Assembly: GCF_036323395.1 (NCBI RefSeq)
Contig: NZ_AP028907.1
Location: forward strand, 780,001-812,000
DNA: 32,000 bases
Reading direction: 5' to 3'
Origin: Pyrodictium abyssi
GTDB taxonomy: Archaea > Thermoproteota > Thermoprotei_A > Sulfolobales > Pyrodictiaceae
Both the position numbers and the translations under genes were made by a program. The notes below the pieces were generated by a model. The model was not told the origin of the DNA, did not search any database, and saw only the letters and a program-made list of their open reading frames with translations. This document shows positions 20,425-29,556 of this stretch, piece after piece (position 1 is the stretch's first letter; each line of letters begins with the position of its first letter).

Positions 20425-21141
20425 CTACCTCTTCTTCCGGCCTGTCGAGCGCGCAGCAATATGGCCGACTTTTCTGCCTGGCGGCGCATCTCTGGAGACT
20501 GTTGTTGGGAAGCTTGGGCTCTGGTGGCTGCCACCGCCGTGCGGGTGGTTTACAGCGTTCATGGCTACACCGCGTACACGTGGCCATACATGGGCCTTAG
20601 CCTTCCACTTATAGTATGCTGCACCAGCCTTGAGGAGCGGCTTCTCTAGGCGACCAGCGCCAGCGGCTATACCTATGGTTGCCCTAGCATCGTTTGGTAT
20701 CTCTTTGACTTTTCCGCTGGGGAGCTGTACTATCGTCTTATTACCACTACGGCCCAGTATGACTGCATAGGCGCCCGACGAGCGCGCTAATTTCCCGCCA
20801 TCGCCCGGCCTAATCTCCACATTGTATATCTGCGTACCTTCAGGAATCCTACCGACCGGGAGTATGTTGCCATTGGCGGGCTTCGCGTCCGGCCCAACCT
20901 CTATGATCTGGCCAACATACATGCCCTCAGCCGCTGGTATCCAAAATTCTTCACCGTTCTCCAGCACTACATGAGCGAGTGGAACCCAGCGGCCTGGATC
21001 GTGCACGAGCTCTACTACGCGCCCTCTCAGCGTTACTGGTGTCAGCGGCGGATACTTCGCTGGCGCTGGGTGCAGCCACGGCTTGCTGCGATATACTGGT
21101 GAGCCCTTACCCCTACGCTGTACTATCAAGCGCTTACCCAT
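20425..21141 (-). CDS. rpl2: 50S ribosomal protein L2 (uL2), displaced from the main cluster
   Basis: ORF 238 aa; MGKRLIVQRRGKGSPVYRSKPWLHPAPAKYPPLT...RPRVRGVAMNAVNHPHGGGSHQ. Confidence 0.97.
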   Translation of the reverse strand: MGKRLIVQRRGKGSPVYRSKPWLHPAPAKYPPLTPVTLRGRVVELVHDPGRWVPLAHVVLENGEEFWIPAAEGMYVGQIIEVGPDAKPANGNILPVGRIPEGTQIYNVEIRPGDGGKLARSSGAYAVILGRSGNKTIVQLPSGKVKEIPNDARATIGIAAGAGRLEKPLLKAGAAYYKWKAKAHVWPRVRGVAMNAVNHPHGGGSHQSPSFPTTVSRDAPPGRKVGHIAARSTGRKKR

Positions 21142-22537
21142 AGCGTAGCACCCTTCCCCGGCTGCTCGTCCCCTGTATGCTCGGACTCTTAACTGTTATC
21201 GGTACGGGGAGTATTCTAGCTGGAAAGGCTCTTTGTGACTGCTGGTAACGGATCAATGCCTCACCGACACCAAGCCTGGGAAGATACTCTAAATCCTCAT
21301 AGGCTATTCCACTAAATCTCTTCACATCTTCTAGATAAGTCTCATCAAGAGAACCAAACACTACTACGTTGTTAGAGTTATTCCATACCTCGGGACTAAA
21401 ATCTGCTGGATGTTGTGATAGTAGGACTAGGCTAATGCCACTACTCCTTCCTTCCCTGATAAGTTTTTTCACAACCTCACTATTACTGACTCTCCAGAAT
21501 TCATCTACTATGAGAACAGATCTTGCGTACATACTCTGCAGCATAGAGAATATACTAGCCAATGTAGATTCAAGGTGAATATATTTCTCGTTTTCACTAA
21601 GATATTTTAGGTCAATTATTAGAATATTGCTGAATTTGCTGGTAACCATGCTAGCTAAAAATATGCGTTGATGAGCATGCTCATCTTCCAATAACACGCG
21701 CTCAGCTAGACCAGTCCATGACAAGGTGTCCCACATATCTCCCTTTGGGTCAACAGCAACTACTCTAGCGTCATAGAGTAAAGTAGCCATAATTGCAATA
21801 AGAGCTGCAAGTGTAGTTTTCCCCTTACCCGTGGGACCTACTACTATTGTATGCTTAGCTCCCCTCTCATCCCAGAGAGGAAGTCCAACAACTTTTCCTA
21901 GCAGTAGGTCAAAGCCTATAGGTACAGACTCGCTCCCTAAGTATTCTCCTACTGTATATGGGTATTGCATCCACTCAATACCTTTGCTTACAAGTAGGCT
22001 TCGAGGTTGCACTACATGCTTATTATAGCTTTTTAAAAAATTTGGATCTACGCATTTAAGCCTAGGTTTACAGCCTAGAAGGGAGAACGCGTCTACTATG
22101 CCGTGGTATTCCTCTTCTATAGTCCCAGGCCTCCCACATACAACTATATGTAATGATGGTTCAACTGGATCACCATAGTCTGTTATCTTTCCATAAACTT
22201 CTCTTAGTATTTTTAATTTGGTTTTTGCACGCATGTTGTTTGGATTTCGTTCTAGCTCTACTTCGTAGGAGAGTATCTTTGACTCTATTACTCTGGCAGC
22301 ATAGCTGTTCTTAACAGGTCTGTAAAGTAGGAATATTCCACAAATTTTCCTATCGAGCAGTCTTAGTCTATCGCTTAGAAGCTTTGAGAAACACGACTCA
22401 TCGCCTCTAATTTCTACAATAATGCCCACTAGGTCCGACGCTATATCAAAGGTACAGAGACTGCTAACATGCTTGGGTGTACCTTCTACCACCGCGCGCA
22501 ACCTGTCTATATATTTTGATATACTTTTAATCACCAT
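21134..22537 (-). CDS. VirB4/HerA-like ATPase, candidate motor of the Ced-like locus; start more likely ATG at 22537 than TTG at 22567
   Basis: Walker A HTIVVGPTGKGKTTLAALIAIM, VVAVDPKGDMWD, Walker B ARSVLIVDEFWRVS, SGISLVLLSQHPADFS; no obvious TM segment; adjacent to CedA-like genes. Confidence 0.8.
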   Translation of the reverse strand: MVIKSISKYIDRLRAVVEGTPKHVSSLCTFDIASDLVGIIVEIRGDESCFSKLLSDRLRLLDRKICGIFLLYRPVKNSYAARVIESKILSYEVELERNPNNMRAKTKLKILREVYGKITDYGDPVEPSLHIVVCGRPGTIEEEYHGIVDAFSLLGCKPRLKCVDPNFLKSYNKHVVQPRSLLVSKGIEWMQYPYTVGEYLGSESVPIGFDLLLGKVVGLPLWDERGAKHTIVVGPTGKGKTTLAALIAIMATLLYDARVVAVDPKGDMWDTLSWTGLAERVLLEDEHAHQRIFLASMVTSKFSNILIIDLKYLSENEKYIHLESTLASIFSMLQSMYARSVLIVDEFWRVSNSEVVKKLIREGRSSGISLVLLSQHPADFSPEVWNNSNNVVVFGSLDETYLEDVKRFSGIAYEDLEYLPRLGVGEALIRYQQSQRAFPARILPVPITVKSPSIQGTSSRGRVLRYG

Positions 22538-22541
22538 ACTA

Positions 22542-22703
22542 TCACCAGTATGCAGTTTTTCTGACAATTACGAACAAGGCTATATTAATCACCGAAAGTA
22601 TCATTAAAATTACATTTTTCGAATCTAATGCATGAATAACACCATATAGGGATAAACCTAGTGCTATGTATAGCGACTTTCTAAGTGTTAGAGTTACTTG
22701 CAT
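22542..22703 (-). CDS. Small two-helix membrane protein, 53 aa, CedA2-like by position and topology (absent from the track)
   Basis: Manual translation: MQVTLTLRKSLYIALGLSLYGVIHALDSKNVILMILSVINIALFVIVRKTAYW; stop lies 4 nt before the ATPase ATG. Confidence 0.6.
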   Translation of the reverse strand: MQVTLTLRKSLYIALGLSLYGVIHALDSKNVILMILSVINIALFVIVRKTAYW

Positions 22704-22730
22704 CACTAAACACCATAGCTAATGTTCTGA

Positions 22731-24182
22731 TTAATCAAATATGATACGAGGAGACGATGCGCCCAGAACTCTAGCGAGATTTATAGATACCATGGACATT
22801 ATTGTCAAGTACGAGAATACTGTTATTGGAAATGCTGTGCCATAGACTATGTAGTACACTATCGCATCCTCAGTTGTCATATTAGGATATGTGACTCCCT
22901 CGCTTAGTTCTAGCTTGTAGATACTCGAAATACTATAGTAGTCTATGTTTTTAGTGAATCTCATATCTATTTTATCTACTCCATTTGGAATTTTTAAGCT
23001 GAGTATCTTTGTATAAACCTTTACGCCTCTCCAGGGAGTCGTCAGTTCCAACATTCTATATTCTTCAAAGAATACACTGTCTGGAGAAATCATTTCAATG
23101 TCGTTCTTGCCTAGCGATGATATTGTTATCATTATCCAGTCTGACATAGGTTCACATGTTACGTCTAGAATATTATCAGTCTGATATACTTTAGTTATCT
23201 TACATCCACTTATAATTAGTAGGCCTACTGGCTCTACAAATATAGCATCTTCTTCTACTGTTATGTCTAGACGGTACTCGGCTTCATCAAGTTCGTATGT
23301 AAGTTTAGCGTCTTCGGGTACCTTGACTGTCGGCCTGGATGCTCCTAGGATGTGGGCAAGGTATTCTACTTCTACACGGTAATCTCCGCTTGGCAGCATT
23401 TTTAGTGGCTTAGTTACATAGTATCCTCCATCCTCGTGAATAACGAATCTAAAAGACCCACCACTGTTTACGTCAATGAAACGAACCAGTCCTGCTAACG
23501 GCTGGTGTCCATATGCATCCTTGACCACTCCCCATAGGTGAATAGGCTCTCTACTCTCATTGGCACTGATGTATGTGCTAAGATACCCCGTAGCCAGGCT
23601 TTCATATATCATTGTTATCCAGTGCGGCAGGAATGGCAGCATTATATTACTGGCTATCACGAATGCGAGAAGTGAAGCACCAGCATTCCTGCCTATTCTA
23701 AAGGGTATAGCTATAAGAGCTATTGATAGAGCTGTTAGCTTTGCTTTTGCTGTTGAGATTATACTAGCTATTACTATGACTGTTGCTGCTGCAGTAAGCA
23801 TACCATAGTGCACTAATACCATTGGGAGCACGTATATGCTGAAGAACTTACCTATTATACTGTGTACACTTGCGAGTATTCCTACTAATAGTCGCGTTAT
23901 ATACTCCATTAGTATTATAGCTTTCATTCGAATCTGCATATATGATATTATGTCGTTTATACTGTATCCACTTAGGCTCGCTATAGCATCAGCAAACTTC
24001 AGTAGAGCAACATAGAGTGTGATTAGTATGCTAACCCACAGACTGTCTTGTATGAGTGTCGGCGCCCAGCGCTTTACACTACGCAAAGGTATGGGAAGCA
24101 TGTACACTAGCACTCCTATATAGTATGTTAGTACTGCTAGCTGTGCTGCAATCAGCAAGAAATACTGCGGAAGCGTCATCAT
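22731..24182 (-). CDS. cedA: CedA-like polytopic membrane protein with a large inserted ectodomain
   Basis: ORF 483 aa; about 6 hydrophobic segments in residues 1-195, about 235 aa soluble beta-rich insert, then a C-terminal TM (AIVYYIVYGTAFPITVFSYLTIMSMV); directly downstream of a CedA1-like gene. Confidence 0.55.
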   Translation of the reverse strand: MMTLPQYFLLIAAQLAVLTYYIGVLVYMLPIPLRSVKRWAPTLIQDSLWVSILITLYVALLKFADAIASLSGYSINDIISYMQIRMKAIILMEYITRLLVGILASVHSIIGKFFSIYVLPMVLVHYGMLTAAATVIVIASIISTAKAKLTALSIALIAIPFRIGRNAGASLLAFVIASNIMLPFLPHWITMIYESLATGYLSTYISANESREPIHLWGVVKDAYGHQPLAGLVRFIDVNSGGSFRFVIHEDGGYYVTKPLKMLPSGDYRVEVEYLAHILGASRPTVKVPEDAKLTYELDEAEYRLDITVEEDAIFVEPVGLLIISGCKITKVYQTDNILDVTCEPMSDWIMITISSLGKNDIEMISPDSVFFEEYRMLELTTPWRGVKVYTKILSLKIPNGVDKIDMRFTKNIDYYSISSIYKLELSEGVTYPNMTTEDAIVYYIVYGTAFPITVFSYLTIMSMVSINLARVLGASSPRIIFD

Positions 24183-24194
24183 ATATTTACCTCC

Positions 24195-24476
24195 TTAACC
24201 TGTAATGTTGTACATTACTGGCGGTGGAGAAGCCACTGAACTGACTATGTAGGATACTAGCGCGAATATAGAGGAGCCCAGGGCTAGCCAGAATGCAGCC
24301 CATATGGCATCTTCTATAAGGTCTTGCCCTGCTCTCTTCACCCTCATGAAGGGTACAGGAGATCCTTTTAGTAGCCATCCAACACTCCACGTGAGTAGGA
24401 ATAAGCCCCATGCTATACTCATGACCTTTATGGTTAACGTGTTTATGAATTCTACTACGCTCACGTCTCCCCTCAA
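24195..24476 (-). CDS. cedA1: CedA1-like small two-TM (VirB2-pilin-like) protein; GTG at 24464 is a plausible alternative start
   Basis: ORF 93 aa; two hydrophobic helices around a basic loop: VMSIAWGLFLLTWSVGWLLKGSPVPFMRVKRAGQDLIEDAIWAAFWLALGSSIFALVSYIVSS. Confidence 0.6.
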   Translation of the reverse strand: MRGDVSVVEFINTLTIKVMSIAWGLFLLTWSVGWLLKGSPVPFMRVKRAGQDLIEDAIWAAFWLALGSSIFALVSYIVSSVASPPPVMYNITG

Positions 24477-24637
24477 AACACGCTACTAGTTGTACGGAAG
24501 CCGTTGAGCCGCAGTTAGCCGTAACTACTCTATTACCGCTACATAGCGACACCGTTTAACTCACATCATATAGGTACAATATTAGTAAATCTTATTAGAT
24601 GTCTTAGTAAGATATCATAAAGTTAGTTATTCAGGCT

Positions 24638-27505
24638 TTATTTTCGTTTTTCGAGCTTATGCTTGTATTTATGATAATTTACCTCTGCCTCTATGAGAGC
24701 TCTGTAAAACGCCTCTTCGCCAAACACAAGTTTTTGCAGAACCCGCTTTGCTGTATACGTGCCGATGCCCGTTGATACAAGGGCTTCTACAGCCTTTTTG
24801 CCGTAACTCAGTACGAGATTAGCAGCATCCATGACTTCGCGAACAGCCTTTCTCTCTGCCTGGGAGAGTTTGGCTCCACGTCTCTGTTTCTCGATTAATG
24901 CCCTAGCTGCTTCTATGCGCTCTTTGGCTAAGGCAGGATATATCATTCGTGCACCGCAGCGCGGACACTCTATATTATTGCTGTTAACGTGTAGTAGCTT
25001 TCTTGTCCATATCTTTCCACACATCAGGCAGAGAAATATCACGTCTTTTGACGCTATCCTACGTTTTATTGCTTCAACAAGTATTGTCGACGGTAGACCA
25101 TCCGTCGTTACGCGGTCCCCGAATCGTGCTTCTGCTATAGCGTCCTCTGTGATAGGCGACGGTGTTTTCAAACTTACAGCCTTTACTTCTATCCTACCAG
25201 TCCTTATTTCCTCGAGGAACTTGTGCAGAACGTATGTATCCACCTTTCTTACACTTATTTCTCTGTATGCTTCCTCTCCGAGTATAGTGTCCCTCAGCTT
25301 ATGGATAATCGTCTTCACATGTCTTATGTCTGTATTGGCTGTTCTCTTTACCGCTCCGCTTCGAAGAGCTACATAGAGCATTATCCACTGGAATAGTTTG
25401 CTCTTAAGGACAGCTCTACGCAGTAGCGAATCCACCTCATTACTAGGTAGGCTAGTTATTTTCCGCAGTACATCGGCTATGAAGTCGGCGCGTTCTACTG
25501 AAGCGAGTCTTATAGCTACAATATAGGGTGTGCTTGCTGTTACAGGTGGATAACCCTTTACTTCGGATATATAAGCCGAGATCAGATATTCTAGTGCCTT
25601 GTTGCCGCGGCTACCAAGGAAACTGTATATAATGAATACATCGCCATAGTGCTCGATAACTACTCTCCTATCGGTTGGAAGAGGAAGACCCTTCGACATA
25701 TGCTTTAATATTTTATTTTGCACTAATTTTCTAGAATTATCGTCAAGTGGGTATTCGCTTAGCACTTTTTCGCCCTGTTTTTCGTACCTGCGGAGTATAC
25801 TGCCAATCTCGCGGGCAACATTATACTCTACGGGGATTAAGTCACCCTCCCATGCCGGAGGTATGAGCTTGTCTTCTTTTGTGTGCCTAACTCTCACACT
25901 GTCATCTGCAATATCTACTACCTCCCAAACCTGCCCTCCTAGTACGAATTTGGCCCCTTGTTCTAGTGTCGTAACGAACTCTTCGTCTAGGACGCCGAGT
26001 TTCCTTCCTGTACCTACTTCGTAGACATTGTACTGCTTCGTATCGGGTATCATTGTGACGCTGAAGTAGTAGCTCTTAGCCATGGGACCCATACTGATTT
26101 TTCTGTCCCTGACTCTTGCTATTCTGGATGCCTCCATGTAGCTTATCACTTGGTATAGCTCGTCTAAGCTTAGGTCCTTATAGTAGCCGCTGCACGTTAC
26201 AATACTGTAGATGGTGTCTATGTCTATTTCGCCTAGCTCTATGAGCATACCGGTAATCTGGTGTATAAGTGCATCATATGGTTTGATAGGATACTGTAGT
26301 CTTTCTAAGTTGCCTCGCATCGCTCTAGCAGCTATAACAGCAGACTCCAGTATATCGAATATGTTTGTGGCTGCTACTATTATGCCCCTAGATATGCCAC
26401 CTATTCTGTGCCCGGATCTGCCTACACGCTGAACTAGTTTCACTACTTGTCTAGGAGACATGTACTGTACTACAAGGTCTATTGCGCCTACGTCGATACC
26501 TAGTTCCAGACTAGATGTAGCTACAACTGCCTTCACTTTGCCGCTTCGAAGTCTTTGTTCAGCATCTACACGCTTTTCGCGGCTTAGACTGCCATGATGT
26601 ACCTCTATTCTGTCCTCGCCCATAGCTTGTTTCAGCAATGCACCTAAGACTTCCGCTGTATCGCGCGTGTTAACGAATATTATCGAGTTGCCAGGATTCT
26701 CCGACACTACTTTCTTTATTAGCTCCACTCTAGCCAGTGTTTCTCTCTGGGACTTTAGCCCATCATCCCTATTGCTACCACTGCTATGAATTGCTGGGGC
26801 GACGACAGTTATGTGGTAGCGCTTTACGGCTTTCTCTGTCTCAACTATTCGGACGTATCTATCGCCCATGAGTAGCCTAGCCACTGTATATGGATCACTA
26901 ACTGTAGCAGATAGTCCTATAATTTGGAGTCTATTTCTCGTATATAGTCGTGCTACGCGTTCAATAGCCAGGGATAGCTCTGCTCCACGCTTGCCTGAAA
27001 CAAGCTCGTGTACCTCGTCCACAACTATGTACTTAAGATTGCTGATATTTTGGCGGAATTTTTCCACGCTCAATAGGAAATAGAATGACTCGGGTGTAGT
27101 CACCATTACGTGGGGAGGGTTTTCAAGGAACCGCCTTTTCTCGGCCGCAGTACTATCTCCATGTCTGACCTCTAGTGTAAGCCTTACATCTGAAGCTATA
27201 TTTATCATGCGCTTAAATATATCACGGTTAAGACTACGCAAGGGCGTTATATATACAGCATAGATGCCTTTTGACTTAGAGCCTATAAGCCTTGAGAATA
27301 TGGGGAGAAGTGCGGCCTCAGTCTTACCACTACCAGTGGGAGCGATAGCCAGTACATGGTTTCCTCGAAGAACCTCGGGTATCACCTTGCTTTGTATCTC
27401 CGTCGGTCTTGTATAGCCATACCTTAACAGTACATGTTGGAGTAGCGGGTGAAGTAGTCTAAACACCCCACTTACGATGCGTCTTTCATTGCGCTGCGCC
27501 GCCAT
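24638..27505 (-). CDS. lhr: Lhr-type DEAD/DEAH-box ATP-dependent helicase with zinc-binding C-terminal region
   Basis: ORF 955 aa; LAIAPTGSGKTEAALLPIF, VVDEVHELVSGKRG, IIGLSATV, FVNTRDTAEVLG, VQRVGRSGHR; C-terminal CLMCGKIW...CPRCGARM. Confidence 0.92.
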   Translation of the reverse strand: MAAQRNERRIVSGVFRLLHPLLQHVLLRYGYTRPTEIQSKVIPEVLRGNHVLAIAPTGSGKTEAALLPIFSRLIGSKSKGIYAVYITPLRSLNRDIFKRMINIASDVRLTLEVRHGDSTAAEKRRFLENPPHVMVTTPESFYFLLSVEKFRQNISNLKYIVVDEVHELVSGKRGAELSLAIERVARLYTRNRLQIIGLSATVSDPYTVARLLMGDRYVRIVETEKAVKRYHITVVAPAIHSSGSNRDDGLKSQRETLARVELIKKVVSENPGNSIIFVNTRDTAEVLGALLKQAMGEDRIEVHHGSLSREKRVDAEQRLRSGKVKAVVATSSLELGIDVGAIDLVVQYMSPRQVVKLVQRVGRSGHRIGGISRGIIVAATNIFDILESAVIAARAMRGNLERLQYPIKPYDALIHQITGMLIELGEIDIDTIYSIVTCSGYYKDLSLDELYQVISYMEASRIARVRDRKISMGPMAKSYYFSVTMIPDTKQYNVYEVGTGRKLGVLDEEFVTTLEQGAKFVLGGQVWEVVDIADDSVRVRHTKEDKLIPPAWEGDLIPVEYNVAREIGSILRRYEKQGEKVLSEYPLDDNSRKLVQNKILKHMSKGLPLPTDRRVVIEHYGDVFIIYSFLGSRGNKALEYLISAYISEVKGYPPVTASTPYIVAIRLASVERADFIADVLRKITSLPSNEVDSLLRRAVLKSKLFQWIMLYVALRSGAVKRTANTDIRHVKTIIHKLRDTILGEEAYREISVRKVDTYVLHKFLEEIRTGRIEVKAVSLKTPSPITEDAIAEARFGDRVTTDGLPSTILVEAIKRRIASKDVIFLCLMCGKIWTRKLLHVNSNNIECPRCGARMIYPALAKERIEAARALIEKQRRGAKLSQAERKAVREVMDAANLVLSYGKKAVEALVSTGIGTYTAKRVLQKLVFGEEAFYRALIEAEVNYHKYKHKLEKRK

Positions 27506-27565
27506 AGTATACTATTTCACCCTTGATTCCAGCCCTTCTACGCTATAAATCTGGGGCACCAGATT

Positions 27566-29452
27566 TTGGGCGGACCGGCCACTAGCTTATTTACTCGTCT
27601 ACTACTATTAGCCGTACTATCATCCCTAACTGTGGTGCTGATTGTCTGGGGCAATCAAGCAGATTACTTAGTAGCAACGACCGCTGTAGCGGCAATCATG
27701 GCCTTAGTATCCAAGTCGCTGGTAATTGCCGCGATAGCTGTTATCTATAATATTCTGCTAGGACTTTATTCTGCCCTGCTACCGCTCCCAGCATTTCTAC
27801 ACAACATGTCATCGGTCACAGTAGTGTACCCTAAGCTAAGCTACACCGTCCTAGCTATACTAGTGGCAATACTAGTCTCCGGCACTATACTTGTTGCTAG
27901 AATGTTCTCGCTCCTACGCTCCAGACCCTTCGTCGACACATTTCTGAGAAACCTTATGTACACACTAGCAAGGGACACGATAAGGTACAGTCTATGCTCT
28001 ACAAGAAGGCGTGCAGCTCTATCACTGTTACTCTCGTCTGTCATAGTTTACTATATTCTGCTATACACTTATCCGCCTCGCTACATCAACGATATGCTGT
28101 ACTACCTGCTACTCTCTGCATCCCTATTGCTTACAATACCCGCTATGATAGTGTCATCGTTTGATAAATCTGCTGCAGCTGCTCTCGTACCAGTACTCGC
28201 AGCTGCAGTAGTGCTACCTCAGCCATTGCTGCTAGCAGCGTTAGTATCAGTAATTCCAGCCGAGACGCTACACTCAACATTAAGAATTGCACTACGCGAC
28301 GGCTACAGGATAGGTAGCCTCGACGCAATCCTAGTATACATGCCGACTATTAGGTACAATATAGCCGGATCAGTAACTATTAGTGCTACACGTACCTGGT
28401 GGTCACCAGCTTACCCCCCGGTAGAGTACAGGGTCAAGACCAGTATAGATGAGAACCCGCACATACTCGTAACCGGGACCACCGGCTCCGGGAAATCATT
28501 TACAGCAATGAAGCTCGCCGCCTCAATCCTGGAGGAGAAGCAGAAGCGTAACGGACCAATACTAGTCGTTATAGATCCTCACGGCGAGTATGCGGATATG
28601 TTCCGCGGAAAACCAGGCATAAAGATAGTAGACGCATCCGAGGAGGCACCAAACCCTCTAGAGCTTGTAGGGCAAAGCCCTCGCGAAAGAACTCTAGAGC
28701 TCGTAGAGCTGGTGTCGGAATTCTACAGGCTAGGCCCTATTCAGTCACGAATACTAGAAGAGGCCATCTTGCTATCATACGAGAATGCTGGTATAAGAGA
28801 CGACGACCCCTTATCGTGGAGTAACCCGCCACCAACAATTAGAGACGTTGTCAGGATCCTTGAAGACATGTCCAAGCGAGACCCGCGTGCCAGTGTATTA
28901 GCTATGTATATCTCGTCTCTTGCATCTAAGGCTTTCAGCAAGAGCCGGCACGTGTCATTTCCCGTACCAGGAGCCGGCACACATGCAGTAATCTTCGACC
29001 TTTCAAGACTATCCACAAGAGAACAAATGGTTCTATACACAGAAACCATACTGTATAAGTTATACTACCTTGTTAAGAAACTGGGCCCTTCTAGTGATCT
29101 GCGTTATATACTTCTAATAGACGAGGCACATTTATTCGCCCGTAAGACCTCAAGGAGGCGTCAAATCATATCCCTTATAGCGGCCGAGCTGCGGAAGTAC
29201 GGCGTCATGCTGATAGTTGTTACACAGAAGGCCAGCGAACTCGACAAGACTATAATAGCAAATATCGGCACATTTATATGCTTAAAACACACTGACTCCA
29301 ACGAGTCAAAGTTCATGGCAGAGACTGTATCACGCAACCCTGTGGACGATTCCAGGGACGCACTCGCATACACCATTGCAACACTACCTAAAGGATACAT
29401 AGTCGTAGGGGACGTAGGGCTAGACACACCCCTCCTAGTCAGGCTTGGATAG
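27566..29452 (+). CDS. HerA/VirB4-family ATPase with a long polytopic membrane N-terminus (CedB candidate); TTG start with close upstream TATA-like ctataaat
   Basis: ORF 628 aa; about 270 aa of successive hydrophobic segments, then ILVTGTTGSGKSFTAMKLAASIL, VVIDPHGEYADMF, YILLIDEAHLFARK, LIVVTQKASELDKTIIANIGT. Confidence 0.85.
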   Translation: MGGPATSLFTRLLLLAVLSSLTVVLIVWGNQADYLVATTAVAAIMALVSKSLVIAAIAVIYNILLGLYSALLPLPAFLHNMSSVTVVYPKLSYTVLAILVAILVSGTILVARMFSLLRSRPFVDTFLRNLMYTLARDTIRYSLCSTRRRAALSLLLSSVIVYYILLYTYPPRYINDMLYYLLLSASLLLTIPAMIVSSFDKSAAAALVPVLAAAVVLPQPLLLAALVSVIPAETLHSTLRIALRDGYRIGSLDAILVYMPTIRYNIAGSVTISATRTWWSPAYPPVEYRVKTSIDENPHILVTGTTGSGKSFTAMKLAASILEEKQKRNGPILVVIDPHGEYADMFRGKPGIKIVDASEEAPNPLELVGQSPRERTLELVELVSEFYRLGPIQSRILEEAILLSYENAGIRDDDPLSWSNPPPTIRDVVRILEDMSKRDPRASVLAMYISSLASKAFSKSRHVSFPVPGAGTHAVIFDLSRLSTREQMVLYTETILYKLYYLVKKLGPSSDLRYILLIDEAHLFARKTSRRRQIISLIAAELRKYGVMLIVVTQKASELDKTIIANIGTFICLKHTDSNESKFMAETVSRNPVDDSRDALAYTIATLPKGYIVVGDVGLDTPLLVRLG

Positions 29453-29556
29453 GGTGGCCACCACCTACACAATAAGGAGGCGTGAAGAGTATAACTAGGG
29501 TAAGGATTTTTGCTGAAACGAAAACAGGGGGAGAAACTGCTAGGGTGGAGCGCGGC

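Noticed and set aside
20425-24476. Horizontal transfer of the Ced-like block based on its more AT-rich codon usage relative to ribosomal genes
   Set aside because: Helicase, MoxR/VWA and other ordinary genes nearby look similarly less GC-rich by eye, so high-expression bias of ribosomal genes is a simpler explanation.
24187-24552. 121-aa minus-strand ORF overlapping the CedA1-like gene
   Set aside because: Alternative frame of the two-TM gene; composition not protein-like, whereas the CedA1 frame has clean TM helices and tight spacing to CedA.
24831-25376. 181-aa plus-strand ORF and other plus-strand ORFs inside the helicase gene
   Set aside because: Fully antisense to a helicase with intact diagnostic motifs; no recognisable protein features.
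27504-27515. Palindrome ATAGTATACTAT at the helicase start codon
   Set aside because: Short AT-rich palindrome plausibly due to composition; no second copy seen nearby.
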